Under the pieces are notes generated by a model. It saw only the letters and a program-made list of their open reading frames with translations. It was not told where the DNA came from and did no database searches. From an uncultured delta proteobacterium (GTDB lineage Bacteria > Desulfobacterota > Syntrophobacteria > BM002), in the NCBI GenBank assembly GCA_963712115.1, contig CAVQGX010000010.1, positions 1 through 22,367 on the forward strand: a stretch of DNA of 22,367 bases. Direction: 5' to 3'. Made by a program: the position numbers and the translations under genes. Position 1 is the stretch's first letter, and each line of letters opens with the position of its first letter. Of this stretch, positions 1 to 7,956 are shown one piece after another.

Positions 1-1189
1 TGTTTTCCAGCTGTTCACGGTCGGTGTCTTCACGGTAGATGAAATAAGTCGCCCCGAAGTAGAGGGCAAAGCGCTCACGAACAAGGCCTACTTCTCCCTT
101 GCCAGCAAATTCCCACCAATCGGCTTCTTTGGAAAATTTGTTTCCCCCTGCTGACTGATAGTCAGTTTCCAGCTTGCCTTTATGGTACTCCGCCTGAAGG
201 GCAGAGTAAAAGCCTCGCATGCTGCCATTTTTTACTTCGAAAAGATTTAGCCGGGCCCCGCCGCCGTAAGCCAAATTGAAGTTGTCCATATCGTCAACGT
301 CATAACAGACACCGACATCCGCAAAAAGTCCCAAGAAATCTGTAATTCCGAAGCCAAGGCGCAACATATCCAGGTTCATCTCAGTGTCGAATCTATATTT
401 TTCATTGCCTGAAACGGAAACGTCTGTTTTTGTCGTGCCGCCGTTGGTTGTGATTTCCGTACGCTCGGTTACCTCAGTGTGAACTTCCCGGTAGGTGTGC
501 TGCCAACCAAGGGAAAACTTGCCCCCAACAACATTCCTGCCGTATCCCCTCCTCTGCCACACCGGTTCCTCCTCGCGAGGTTCTGCTTTGACCTTGACCG
601 GTGGCTTGGCAGGGGGAGGGGCAGGTGAGACAGGAGGAGGAGCTTTTTTGGCCTCGGCTACCATTACCTTTTGGGGCTGAGCTGTAACTGGTTTTTTTGT
701 AACTGGCGGTTCCGTCTTTCGAGCCGGCGGTAAAACCGGAGCGGTCTTTTTTTCAATCCTGGGTGCTTTTGCCATGTCCTCCCCTATGGGAGAGTCCTTT
801 CGGTAAATGGCAGTGTATTTGGCAAACCCTCTCTTCTTCAACTCGTCGCTTTTTATTTTAGCCTGATTATATGTGGAGAAAGGGCCGAGGTAAATTCGAT
901 ACCAGTATCCCAGTTTGGGGACCTCCTCCCCCCTTACCACCGCACTGTATCCTTTTTTCTGTAAATCCTTTGCCACCTTAACTGCATTGCTATTCGCTCT
1001 AAATGAGCCGACATGGATATAATAATAATTATTCTTCGCCTGAACCAAATAGGGGTTTAAGAAGAGCCAAAATGTGGCAGTCAAAATTATTGTAATCCAC
1101 AGCCGGATTTTGTCTTGTTTCCTTGGCAAAATTCCGGCCCTTGAATTCTTCCAACAGAACTCTGTCATTTTTGCTCGCTCCATGTCCAT
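1..1189 (-). CDS. SPOR-domain protein with Pro/Lys-rich linker and predicted C-terminal outer-membrane beta-barrel (3' end runs off the window)
   Basis: Not in the ORF track because it has no stop in the window. Manual translation shows in-frame ATGs at 1189/1183/1168, a hydrophobic segment (LWITIILTATFWLFLNPYLVQA), a SPOR motif (YYIHVGSFRANSNAVKVAKDLQKKGY...YWYRIYLGPF), a PPPVSPAPPPAKPP linker, then amphipathic strands (LRLGFGIT, LAYGGGARLNLF, LYFGATYF). The frame is open to base 2. Confidence 0.8.
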   Translation of the reverse strand, partial: MDMERAKMTEFCWKNSRAGILPRKQDKIRLWITIILTATFWLFLNPYLVQAKNNYYYIHVGSFRANSNAVKVAKDLQKKGYSAVVRGEEVPKLGYWYRIYLGPFSTYNQAKIKSDELKKRGFAKYTAIYRKDSPIGEDMAKAPRIEKKTAPVLPPARKTEPPVTKKPVTAQPQKVMVAEAKKAPPPVSPAPPPAKPPVKVKAEPREEEPVWQRRGYGRNVVGGKFSLGWQHTYREVHTEVTERTEITTNGGTTKTDVSVSGNEKYRFDTEMNLDMLRLGFGITDFLGLFADVGVCYDVDDMDNFNLAYGGGARLNLFEVKNGSMRGFYSALQAEYHKGKLETDYQSAGGNKFSKEADWWEFAGKGEVGLVRERFALYFGATYFIYREDTDREQLEN

Positions 1190-1253
1190 GAAATTCCCAA
1201 CAAATGGATTAATATTTTTGCTTTAATTACCTAGGGGTGTATCAACAAGCTCT

Positions 1254-1270
1254 CGCAATAAGAGTGCCAA
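1254..1270 (-). promoter_or_regulatory. sigma-54 (-24/-12) promoter of the SPOR gene
   Basis: The minus strand reads TTGGCAC-TCTTA-TTGCG, with exact GG-N10-GC spacing about 65 bp upstream of the first ATG. Confidence 0.7.
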
Positions 1271-1318
1271 GTTTGCCGATGGTGGGTCTTTCTCAAATCA
1301 AAGACTAAAAAACATGTA

Positions 1319-1336
1319 ATCTTAAATAGTTAAGAT
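1319..1336. promoter_or_regulatory. palindromic operator-like or IHF-like site in the divergent SPOR/yihY spacer
   Basis: ATCTTAA-ATAG-TTAAGAT is a perfect 7-bp inverted repeat about 50 bp upstream of the sigma-54 site. It also partly matches the IHF consensus. Confidence 0.35.
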
Positions 1337-1424
1337 GATGTATGCTGGTTGCTTTGTTGGCAAGGGCTGGAAATGCTGCTACATCTCAAACACTTTAACT
1401 GGCTGGCAAGGATGGAAGGTCATC

Positions 1425-1453
1425 TTGACAAGTAAACCTTAAGTGGTCAGTAT
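1425..1453 (+). promoter_or_regulatory. candidate sigma-70 promoter for yihY
   Basis: TTGACA (1425-1430), 17 nt, then a weak -10 (CAGTAT). Confidence 0.4.
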
Positions 1454-1508
1454 TAGATATTATTTACTGGGTAAACAGGGCTGAAAGCTAAAAGATGTAG
1501 TTTCAACT

Positions 1509-2900
1509 ATGTCAAACAAGACTAATATCAGTGTTTCTCTTAAGAAGCTAATATGGGACAAAGAGTTGTCAGCTTTTCCCTGGTGGAAGGCTTGGCTCAT
1601 CAAATCGGTCCGGATTTGCTATGTTGCGGTGCGGGATGTTGTGGACGGGCAACTCACACTCCGAGCCATGAGTTTGGTATATACCACCTTGCTTGCCCTG
1701 GTGCCCTTGCTTGCCGTTAGCTTTTCCGTGCTCAAAGGCTTTGGAGTGCACAATCAGATAGAACCGCTGTTGCTGAACTTCCTGAGCCCGCTGGGCGAGA
1801 GGGGGGTCGAGATCAGTTCCAGGATCATAGGGTTTGTGGACAATGTGAAAGCAGGAGTTTTGGGTTCTGTGGGTCTGGCCCTTTTAATCTACACGGTTAT
1901 CTCACTGATTCAGAAAATTGAGTCGGCTTTCAATTACACCTGGCGGGTCAAGCGGAGCAGACCACTTGCCCAGAGGTTCAGCGACTACTTGAGCATCATT
2001 TTAGTAGGCCCGGTCCTGATATTCACAGCTCTCGGCATCACAGCCACTCTGACGAGCACGGCCATGGTTCAAATGTTGGTGGCCATTGAGCCCTTCGGGA
2101 GTTTTTTGCAGATAGGAAGTCATTTGCTGCCCTACCTGTTGATCATTACAGCATTTACCTTCTTTTATATCTTCGTGCCCAACAAGAAAGTTCAACTCAT
2201 CTCTGCTTTAATCGGTGGAACCACAGCAGGGGTTCTTTGGGAGGTTACAGGCTGGGGTTTTGCTTCATTTGTGGCTGCATCTACTAGATACACAGCTATT
2301 TATGCGGGTTTTGCCATCCTCATTATGTTCATGGTCTGGGTGTATTTGAGCTGGCTGATTCTCCTTGTGGGGGCGAACATTGCTTACTATCACCAGCATC
2401 CTGAGTCTCTGACGCCCGAGCGGCGGAGTCTGCGCCTGAGTAATCGGCTAAAGGAAAGGCTTTCGCTCTTGGTAATGTTCATGGTGGGGCAAAACCACTA
2501 CCACAACCGCCCGGAGTGGACTCTGGACGATCTCGCTCAGCAACTGCATGTGCCCGCCGATGTTCTAGAACCCATCATCGAATCCCTTGAAAACAAACGA
2601 ATACTCGCCAGTACCGCAACGGATCCCCCAACCTATTTACCCGGGCGGCCCCTGGATACAACGGAAATAAAGGAAGTTCTCCATGCAGTTCGCACAGCCG
2701 ATGAGGCGCCCAACGCCAATCTCAACGACCTTCCGGCTGAACTTGTCGTGGACCAAGTGATCAACGATCTCGACCAGGCCGTGGCTAATGAACTCCGGGG
2801 TCTTACTGTCAAAGAGTTCGCCCTTTCAGAACCATCTAAGGTTAACTTGCTTTCTCAAACATCCGAGAGGCAGAAGGCTTCTTCAGATGAAAGTCATTAG
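1509..2900 (+). CDS. YihY/virulence factor BrkB family inner-membrane protein with C-terminal Rrf2-like winged helix
   Basis: YihY motifs (A-SL-YTTLLALVP, IESAFNYTWRV, YxFVPN, IYAGFA, WLILLVGA) and multiple TM segments. The C-terminal 'WTLDDLAQQLHVPADVLEPIIESLENKRIL' resembles a wHTH. Confidence 0.9.
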   Translation: MSNKTNISVSLKKLIWDKELSAFPWWKAWLIKSVRICYVAVRDVVDGQLTLRAMSLVYTTLLALVPLLAVSFSVLKGFGVHNQIEPLLLNFLSPLGERGVEISSRIIGFVDNVKAGVLGSVGLALLIYTVISLIQKIESAFNYTWRVKRSRPLAQRFSDYLSIILVGPVLIFTALGITATLTSTAMVQMLVAIEPFGSFLQIGSHLLPYLLIITAFTFFYIFVPNKKVQLISALIGGTTAGVLWEVTGWGFASFVAASTRYTAIYAGFAILIMFMVWVYLSWLILLVGANIAYYHQHPESLTPERRSLRLSNRLKERLSLLVMFMVGQNHYHNRPEWTLDDLAQQLHVPADVLEPIIESLENKRILASTATDPPTYLPGRPLDTTEIKEVLHAVRTADEAPNANLNDLPAELVVDQVINDLDQAVANELRGLTVKEFALSEPSKVNLLSQTSERQKASSDESH

Positions 2901-3061
2901 ATCCATTGATACTGCCATTCCCAAGAAACAAATAGGCCGTATGTTTTGTCCTAATAATATTTCACCTTTTTCCCGCCCCCGCGACCGGTATTTGCCATGG
3001 GGGAGGGGAGGTTAGCTTTTTTGGGGGTTGTGCATTCAGGCTTCAGGAGAGGAGGTCCATT

Positions 3062-3301
3062 ATGAAAAAAATTGCCATAGCAGTCGCTATTGTCGCAGCC
3101 CTGGCTTTTGGAGCCTTGAATTATCACTTTATTTTGCTGGATAGTAATATAAAGATACTGAAGAAAGTGGATTTCACTTTCCAGGATACCTTTGTGGATG
3201 CAAGAGGATCTAAGAAATATAAACTCCTTCTTAACCCCGCCCTGGTAAAAGCCGGAGTGAAAGATCTATATAAAAGAGAGGGTATCACTATTGGGAAATG
3301 A
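3062..3301 (+). CDS. small hypothetical protein with N-terminal signal/TM segment (79 aa)
   Basis: Strong RBS (GGAGAGGAGG). N-terminus MKKIAIAVAIVAALAFGAL. Confidence 0.8.
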   Translation: MKKIAIAVAIVAALAFGALNYHFILLDSNIKILKKVDFTFQDTFVDARGSKKYKLLLNPALVKAGVKDLYKREGITIGK

Positions 3302-3380
3302 GGATCTAGCAAGGGTAACTCAACTGACCCTGCTGCTGCCGTTCTTTAAAACCAGACAAACAATCGGGCCCTTGCCCTCG

Positions 3381-3469
3381 GCCCTGAGCGACTCGACCTG
3401 AGGACTTCGAGTGAGCCTCAGTCGAACTCCTCGTCGACAGGTCCCGTCGAAGGGCTCCTCAGAATGACA
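3381..3469. repeat. nested REP-like palindromic element (TGAG...GTCGAA units) followed by a CTCAGAATGACA half-element
   Basis: Outer GCCCTGAGCG...GTCGAAGGGC, middle TCGACCTGAGGA...TCCTCGTCGA, inner TTCGAGTGAGCCTCAGTCGAA. Confidence 0.6.
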
Positions 3470-3544
3470 CCCAGTTGAAGCATTGCTGGATGGCTACTAA
3501 CTGGTATTCACTTAGATAAAGGAAGGAAGACCAAGGAGGTGAAA

Positions 3545-3757
3545 ATGGCTGAGTTAAAATGCCCACTTTGCGGCTCGAATAGTTTCTATACCAAGGACCC
3601 AACAGATCCATATGAAGTCTACGAATTTGATTTGTCAGATGGGAAGGTAGTATTCAGCTCGGAAGTGAATGAATCCGATTTGCCCGAATTTGACGAGGAG
3701 ACCGAGACATACTGCAACAGGTGTGCCTGGCACGACAAACTCAAAACCCTGGGTTAA
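3545..3757 (+). CDS. small acidic zinc-ribbon-like protein (CPLC...CNRC), about 70 aa
   Basis: AGGAGGTG precedes ATG 3545, which is preferred over GTG 3539. Two CxxC motifs. Confidence 0.75.
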   Translation: MAELKCPLCGSNSFYTKDPTDPYEVYEFDLSDGKVVFSSEVNESDLPEFDEETETYCNRCAWHDKLKTLG

Positions 3758-3760
3758 TTA

Positions 3761-3850
3761 AAATTTCAAATTTAAGATTTCAGATTTAAGATTCAAATAC
3801 AGATACTAGCTCTTGAATCTGCAATCTGCATCCTAAAATCTAAAATCGCA
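3761..3850. repeat. inverted pair of heptamer arrays (AGATTTM)n / (MAATCTR)n
   Basis: Left arm aaatttc-aaattta-agatttc-agattta-agattca (3761-3796). Right arm gaatctg-caatctg-catccta-aaatcta-aaatcgc (3813-3850). Confidence 0.75.
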
Positions 3851-3864
3851 AAGGAGGTTTCGAC

Positions 3865-4308
3865 ATGAAGAAGATCATGATTGCCTACGACAGTAGGACC
3901 GGCAAAACGGAAAAAATGGCTGAGTCCATTGCAGAAGGAATCCGTATGGCAGGTCACGAGGCGGAAATCAAAAAGATTACCCAGATCAAAAGCGAGGCAG
4001 AATTGCAGGGGTATGATGCATATGTCTTCGGCTCCCCCACCTACCACAGGGACATGATCGGTACGATGAAGACTTTTCTATTCTTGGCCCAAAAGGCAAA
4101 CCTAGAAGGCAAACTAGGCGGTGCATTTGGTTCATACACCCATAGCGGAGATGCTCCCGCTATAATTTTCGACACCATGGAGCACGTATTCAAGATGAAA
4201 ATGACCAATCTGGGTTCTTTTAATTTGAAGGAACGCCTTGTTGACGGTGCAGAAGGTTTGCGGGCCTGCCAGGATTATGGAAAGTCCATCTGTGAACAAT
4301 TGGCTTAG
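3865..4308 (+). CDS. short-chain flavodoxin-domain protein
   Basis: FMN-binding loop YDSRTGKTEKMA, GSPTY and GAFGSY motifs. RBS AAGGAGG. Confidence 0.9.
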   Translation: MKKIMIAYDSRTGKTEKMAESIAEGIRMAGHEAEIKKITQIKSEAELQGYDAYVFGSPTYHRDMIGTMKTFLFLAQKANLEGKLGGAFGSYTHSGDAPAIIFDTMEHVFKMKMTNLGSFNLKERLVDGAEGLRACQDYGKSICEQLA

Positions 4309-4362
4309 GAGATCGCAGAAACTTTAGATCCAGGCGGATGGTGCATTAAGCCTTGGTGTTAG

Positions 4363-4390
4363 AGCCATGTCCTTTGGGCATGGCTTTTTT
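4363..4390 (+). terminator. rho-independent terminator after flavodoxin
   Basis: AGCCATGTCC-TTT-GGGCATGGCT stem followed by a T-run. Confidence 0.8.
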
Positions 4391-4425
4391 ATGGGCTAGC
4401 CCATGACTACCTCGCAGGTCCCTTT

Positions 4426-4441
4426 TGGCACGGGTCGTGCT
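4426..4441 (+). promoter_or_regulatory. sigma-54 promoter of the TIR gene
   Basis: TGGCACG-GGTC-GTGCT with exact GG-N10-GC spacing, immediately after the flavodoxin terminator. Confidence 0.65.
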
Positions 4442-4499
4442 AAGTGTACGGGGTTGAAGAGAAAATGATCTGTACATTGATTACAACGGGTTGGAAGTT

Positions 4500-4683
4500 T
4501 AGCCCGGATATTTCATGAATCACCTGCTGCGACCACGGATATGGATGTCCTTCCTGGCGTCCTCGAGTGTCGGCCCCTGCGACGTACCGTTTAGGTACGC
4601 CTCGGAACCAACACCCTGCGGTTGCCAGGTGGCACGACCATCTTCGCGGTCTCGCGACAGCAATTCATGAAATATCCGGGCTA
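4500..4683. mobile_element. MITE (184 bp including terminal TA dinucleotides)
   Basis: Perfect 21-bp inverted ends TAGCCCGGATATTTCATGAAT (4500-4520) and ATTCATGAAATATCCGGGCTA (4663-4683). The interior is also self-complementary, and no transposase is encoded. Confidence 0.8.
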
Positions 4684-4698
4684 GGGAGGAATGGAGAA

Positions 4699-5730
4699 TT
4701 GAAGATATTAATCAGTCACGTTTCAGACGAGGCCCTGTTTGCTTTGCTTCTCAAAGACTTTATTGAATCTACCTTCCTCGGGCAATTTGAAGTGTTTCTC
4801 AGCAGCAATTCCGGTGAGCGGGGAGTCGGGGATAAATGGCTGGTGGAAGTCGATGCTTCTCTTAGCAGTGCGGAGCTCCTCTTGGTACTCTGTAGCCCGA
4901 AATCGATTCGCCAACCATGGATACACTTTGAATTCGGCTGCGCCTGGACCAAAAGTATGGCGATTACTTGTATCTGCCACTCGGGGTTGAACAAGGTTGG
5001 TCTACCTCCACACCTTCGTACCTTTGATGTGTTGGAGGTTGAAAATGATGATTTCATGGAGCAACTCTTCAACGACCTGGCAAAGCGATTCGGCATCAAG
5101 CGACTCCCAAGGCTCTCCTATGACACCATGAAAGCCGAGTTGCGCGCTACTCTGGTATCGATTGCATCATCGGCTCAAGCCGGCGACAGAGCAATTCTGA
5201 CCGCTGATGTATCTGAGGGGCTAGTTGCAGTTAGGACAGAAGCTGAAACTTCTCCAGCGCGAGGGCAAGTTTATACTGCACCCGTAAAAACTGACACCGC
5301 AAAGAAGGTTGCTGAGACTCCCCCAGAGATACAACTGGTTGAGGAAGGGTTGGATGATGAAATAGATGGAACCATAGAAGAGAGATTTAGGGAAAGAAAG
5401 GAGACCCCTGAGCCGCAACCTATGTCACGCAGTTCCCCGGGAGTTGTAATTAAGAAGAAGAAAAAACGTGGCAAGAAGAAAGATGAAACAGCCAAACCGG
5501 AGAGCGTACAAAAGAGAGTACTAACGCTCCTTTCGGAAGCTGGGGATACGGGATATCCCTTGGAAGATTTGTCTGATTTGCTGGGTATAGTTGGCCCCAA
5601 ATTAGAGCCTTACCTGGATGTTCTCAAGGAACAGGCATACATAAACATATCTGTTGAAGTTGGCAGGCCTCCCGAATACAAGATCGCCGCAAAGGGAGAG
5701 CAGTACTTGGCAGAGAGCGAGCCTGCCTGA
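4699..5730 (+). CDS. TIR-domain protein (TIR_2-like) with charged linker and C-terminal winged helix
   Basis: TIR motifs KILISH, GDKW, LLVLCSPKSIRQPWIHFEFG (putative catalytic Glu in WxxxE). The C-terminal 'YPLEDLSDLLGIVGPKLEPYLDVLKEQAYI...YKIAAKGEQYL' resembles a wHTH. Start is reassigned to the in-frame TTG 4699 after GGAGA, because the track's GTG 4567 lies inside the MITE. Confidence 0.8.
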   Translation: MKILISHVSDEALFALLLKDFIESTFLGQFEVFLSSNSGERGVGDKWLVEVDASLSSAELLLVLCSPKSIRQPWIHFEFGCAWTKSMAITCICHSGLNKVGLPPHLRTFDVLEVENDDFMEQLFNDLAKRFGIKRLPRLSYDTMKAELRATLVSIASSAQAGDRAILTADVSEGLVAVRTEAETSPARGQVYTAPVKTDTAKKVAETPPEIQLVEEGLDDEIDGTIEERFRERKETPEPQPMSRSSPGVVIKKKKKRGKKKDETAKPESVQKRVLTLLSEAGDTGYPLEDLSDLLGIVGPKLEPYLDVLKEQAYINISVEVGRPPEYKIAAKGEQYLAESEPA

Positions 5731-5749
5731 TCAACTTCCTCGGCGGTTT

Positions 5750-6724
5750 TTAACGGTCACTGAAGTCTTCCCCCGCAATCAATGTCAATGCCCGAGCAGC
5801 TTTCTGCCGAACCAGTGTGCTCTTATCAGTCAGGGCTGCAGACAGCGGTTCTAGTGCACGGGGGTCCCTGATCTTGGCCAAAGCGTCCACCGCGTTTCCC
5901 CTCACTGTGACATCCCTATCATTCAATGCCTCAATAAGCGGTTCCACTGCCAGGGGATCCTTAATGCTGCCCAACGCCTCAGCAGCATGGCTTCTCACAT
6001 CCCAGTGGTCGTCGGATAGGGCGACAACCAGGGATTCCACTGCTCTAGTATCTCCCAGCCAGCCCAGGGCTTGTGCCGCACTCATTCGCACATGTGGTCT
6101 CCTTTCTTTATCCCCAAGGACAACAATCAGGGGTTCTACCGCCCGCGGGTCATTGATCCTTCCAAGTGCTTTTACCGCCTGTCTTTGAATGAGCGGATCT
6201 TTGTCGTTCAGCACCTTAATTAGAGGCTCCACTGCCCTGGGATCCTGGATTGCTCCCAATGCTTTCACCGCATTACTTCGCACTAGAGGATCATGGTCTT
6301 TCAGTTCATATATTAGAGGTCTCACTGCAGGTTTACCTATTTTCATCGAGAGCTCTGTGGGTTGCCTACCGAGAGAAGCGGTACGGGGTAAATCATAATC
6401 CTCGTCCAGGTAGAGCAAGACTTTTTCCCTACTCCACTGGAGACGCTGGGCAATTTCTTCGACATTCAACCCCTCTTCCTGAAGAGACCTCACTGCCAGA
6501 AGTTCCGCCTGTGGTTGGGAGATTTGCAGGTAGCCTTTAGCCCGCATGCATAAAGCTAACTTCCTATCATCTTGCGGATCAGTACTGCACGATTCAAGGT
6601 CGGTCCTGATCATGGCGTCTGAAACTTCTTCTTGGTACCATACCTTCTTTGTTGGGGCACAGCTCGTGAGCCACATGGCTAACGAAGAAAGGAGGATAAT
6701 CCTAAGTGGCGTAGTCAAGACCAT
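5750..6724 (-). CDS. HEAT (PBS-lyase-like) repeat lipoprotein
   Basis: Lipobox LTSC. About six 31-aa repeats of VR-xx-AxxALGxIxDPRAVEPLIxxLxD. GGAG lies 6 nt before ATG 6724 (alternative start 6736). Confidence 0.85.
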   Translation of the reverse strand: MVLTTPLRIILLSSLAMWLTSCAPTKKVWYQEEVSDAMIRTDLESCSTDPQDDRKLALCMRAKGYLQISQPQAELLAVRSLQEEGLNVEEIAQRLQWSREKVLLYLDEDYDLPRTASLGRQPTELSMKIGKPAVRPLIYELKDHDPLVRSNAVKALGAIQDPRAVEPLIKVLNDKDPLIQRQAVKALGRINDPRAVEPLIVVLGDKERRPHVRMSAAQALGWLGDTRAVESLVVALSDDHWDVRSHAAEALGSIKDPLAVEPLIEALNDRDVTVRGNAVDALAKIRDPRALEPLSAALTDKSTLVRQKAARALTLIAGEDFSDR

Positions 6725-6741
6725 GGTAATCTCCATTTCAA

Positions 6742-6935
6742 TTCAAATGGTTCCAACCGTTCAAATCGTCAAATCAGCTCACAGCTGAAAGCTCATAGCT
6801 CAAAGGAAATCGTTCAAGCCGCAATACGATAATTTCGAAATTCGAAATCCGCAATTCGCAATTCTGACCTCTGATCTCCGACCTCCGACTTCTTTCGCCT
6901 GTCCTCCGACCTCTGTCTTTATCCTGCCAGCTGCC
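6742..6935. repeat. stack of short tandem arrays (TTCAAATCG 9-mer; AGCTCAN, AATTCGC, TCYGACC and AGCTGCC heptamers)
   Basis: Read directly. Five different degenerate arrays fill the spacer. Confidence 0.75.
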
Positions 6936-6937
6936 CA

Positions 6938-7831
6938 TCAAGCCCTACCCTTCGCCATTCGGACTTCCAGTCTCTGTACAGCGAGCGAGCAGGTCAAGGT
7001 CATAACAAGGTACAAAATGGTAATGGTAATCCAAATTTCAAAAGTAAGATAGGTCGCCGCCATCAATTCCATTCCCTGAAATGTCAATTCTTGAATAGAG
7101 ATGACCGAAACAATAGAAGAATCCTTAATGAGAGAAATGAATTGTCCAGCCAACGGCGGTAAAATTCTTTGTACTGCTTGGGGTAAGATGACATAGCGCA
7201 TCTGTTGCCATTTGGATAAGCCGAGGGCATGAGAGGCCTCCCACTGGCCCTTGTCGATTGATTGAATACCAGCCCGAATTATCTCGGCAATATATGCTCC
7301 TTCAAAAACCGCAAGGGTAACCAGGGCGGAGAGAAAAGCGGAGAGAAAATTGGAAGGCGCCAAAAGAATTGCGCAGGCCCGCTGCACAATCTCAGATTGG
7401 CTCAAGATGAAATCATCAATAGCCAAAATAGGCATGATCTGGCTGCTGACAAAGTAGTAAAAAATAAAGATCAGCACCAGAGGGGGCATGTTGCGGATTA
7501 ATTCCACGTAAGTTCGGCCCATGAGGCGGTAAAACAATCCCTGGCTTAGGCGGCAGAATCCCACGATAGTACCCAAAACAGTTGCCAGAACCGTACCCCA
7601 GACACTCAGCCTTATGGTAGTGAAAAGACCTTGCATGATTAGATTGGCTACCCACCTGCCACTCTCTTGATCGTAGCGGAAAAAGTACTGGGGTATGGCT
7701 TGCCAATTCCACTTGTAGTTCAACCCATTCCTGATCTTGTGGCTGAGGTAAATCACTCCAGCCAAAATGATCACGGAAATCACAAGATCGAGAGGGGTTA
7801 GCTTAGCTTTCTTTTTTCTCAAATCTGTCAT
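6938..7831 (-). CDS. polar amino acid ABC transporter permease
   Basis: YVELIRNMPPLV, the EAA loop ([27 protein letters not shown]) and LIKDSS. Confidence 0.95.
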   Translation of the reverse strand: MTDLRKKKAKLTPLDLVISVIILAGVIYLSHKIRNGLNYKWNWQAIPQYFFRYDQESGRWVANLIMQGLFTTIRLSVWGTVLATVLGTIVGFCRLSQGLFYRLMGRTYVELIRNMPPLVLIFIFYYFVSSQIMPILAIDDFILSQSEIVQRACAILLAPSNFLSAFLSALVTLAVFEGAYIAEIIRAGIQSIDKGQWEASHALGLSKWQQMRYVILPQAVQRILPPLAGQFISLIKDSSIVSVISIQELTFQGMELMAATYLTFEIWITITILYLVMTLTCSLAVQRLEVRMAKGRA

Positions 7832-7836
7832 CGGTT

Positions 7837-7956
7837 ATTTCGTATTTCACATTTGTTAGCTGCTACCTCACACTCTATGCTCCATGCTCTAACCGTTCCC
7901 AAATCCGAAATCCACAATCCGAAATCTGAAATCTCAAAATGCTCCATGCCAAATGC
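7837..7956. repeat. stack of heptamer arrays (TATTTCR, TCYATGC, AAATCYG)
   Basis: Includes aaatccg-aaatcca-caatccg-aaatctg-aaatctc and tctatgc-tccatgc. Confidence 0.7.

Noticed and set aside
3299-3301. TGA stops as possible selenocysteine codons
   Set aside because: None of the TGA-ended genes shows a truncated domain, a Cys-equivalent context or a convincing downstream continuation.
4567-4698. N-terminal 44 aa of the TIR ORF in the track
   Set aside because: Mostly encoded by the MITE. The TIR fold starts at the TTG with its own RBS.
5760-6340. DNA-level repeats inside the HEAT gene (and TSP3 repeats at about 19300-19560)
   Set aside because: Explained by protein repeats. No reverse transcriptase or adenine-specific variation suggests a diversity-generating retroelement.
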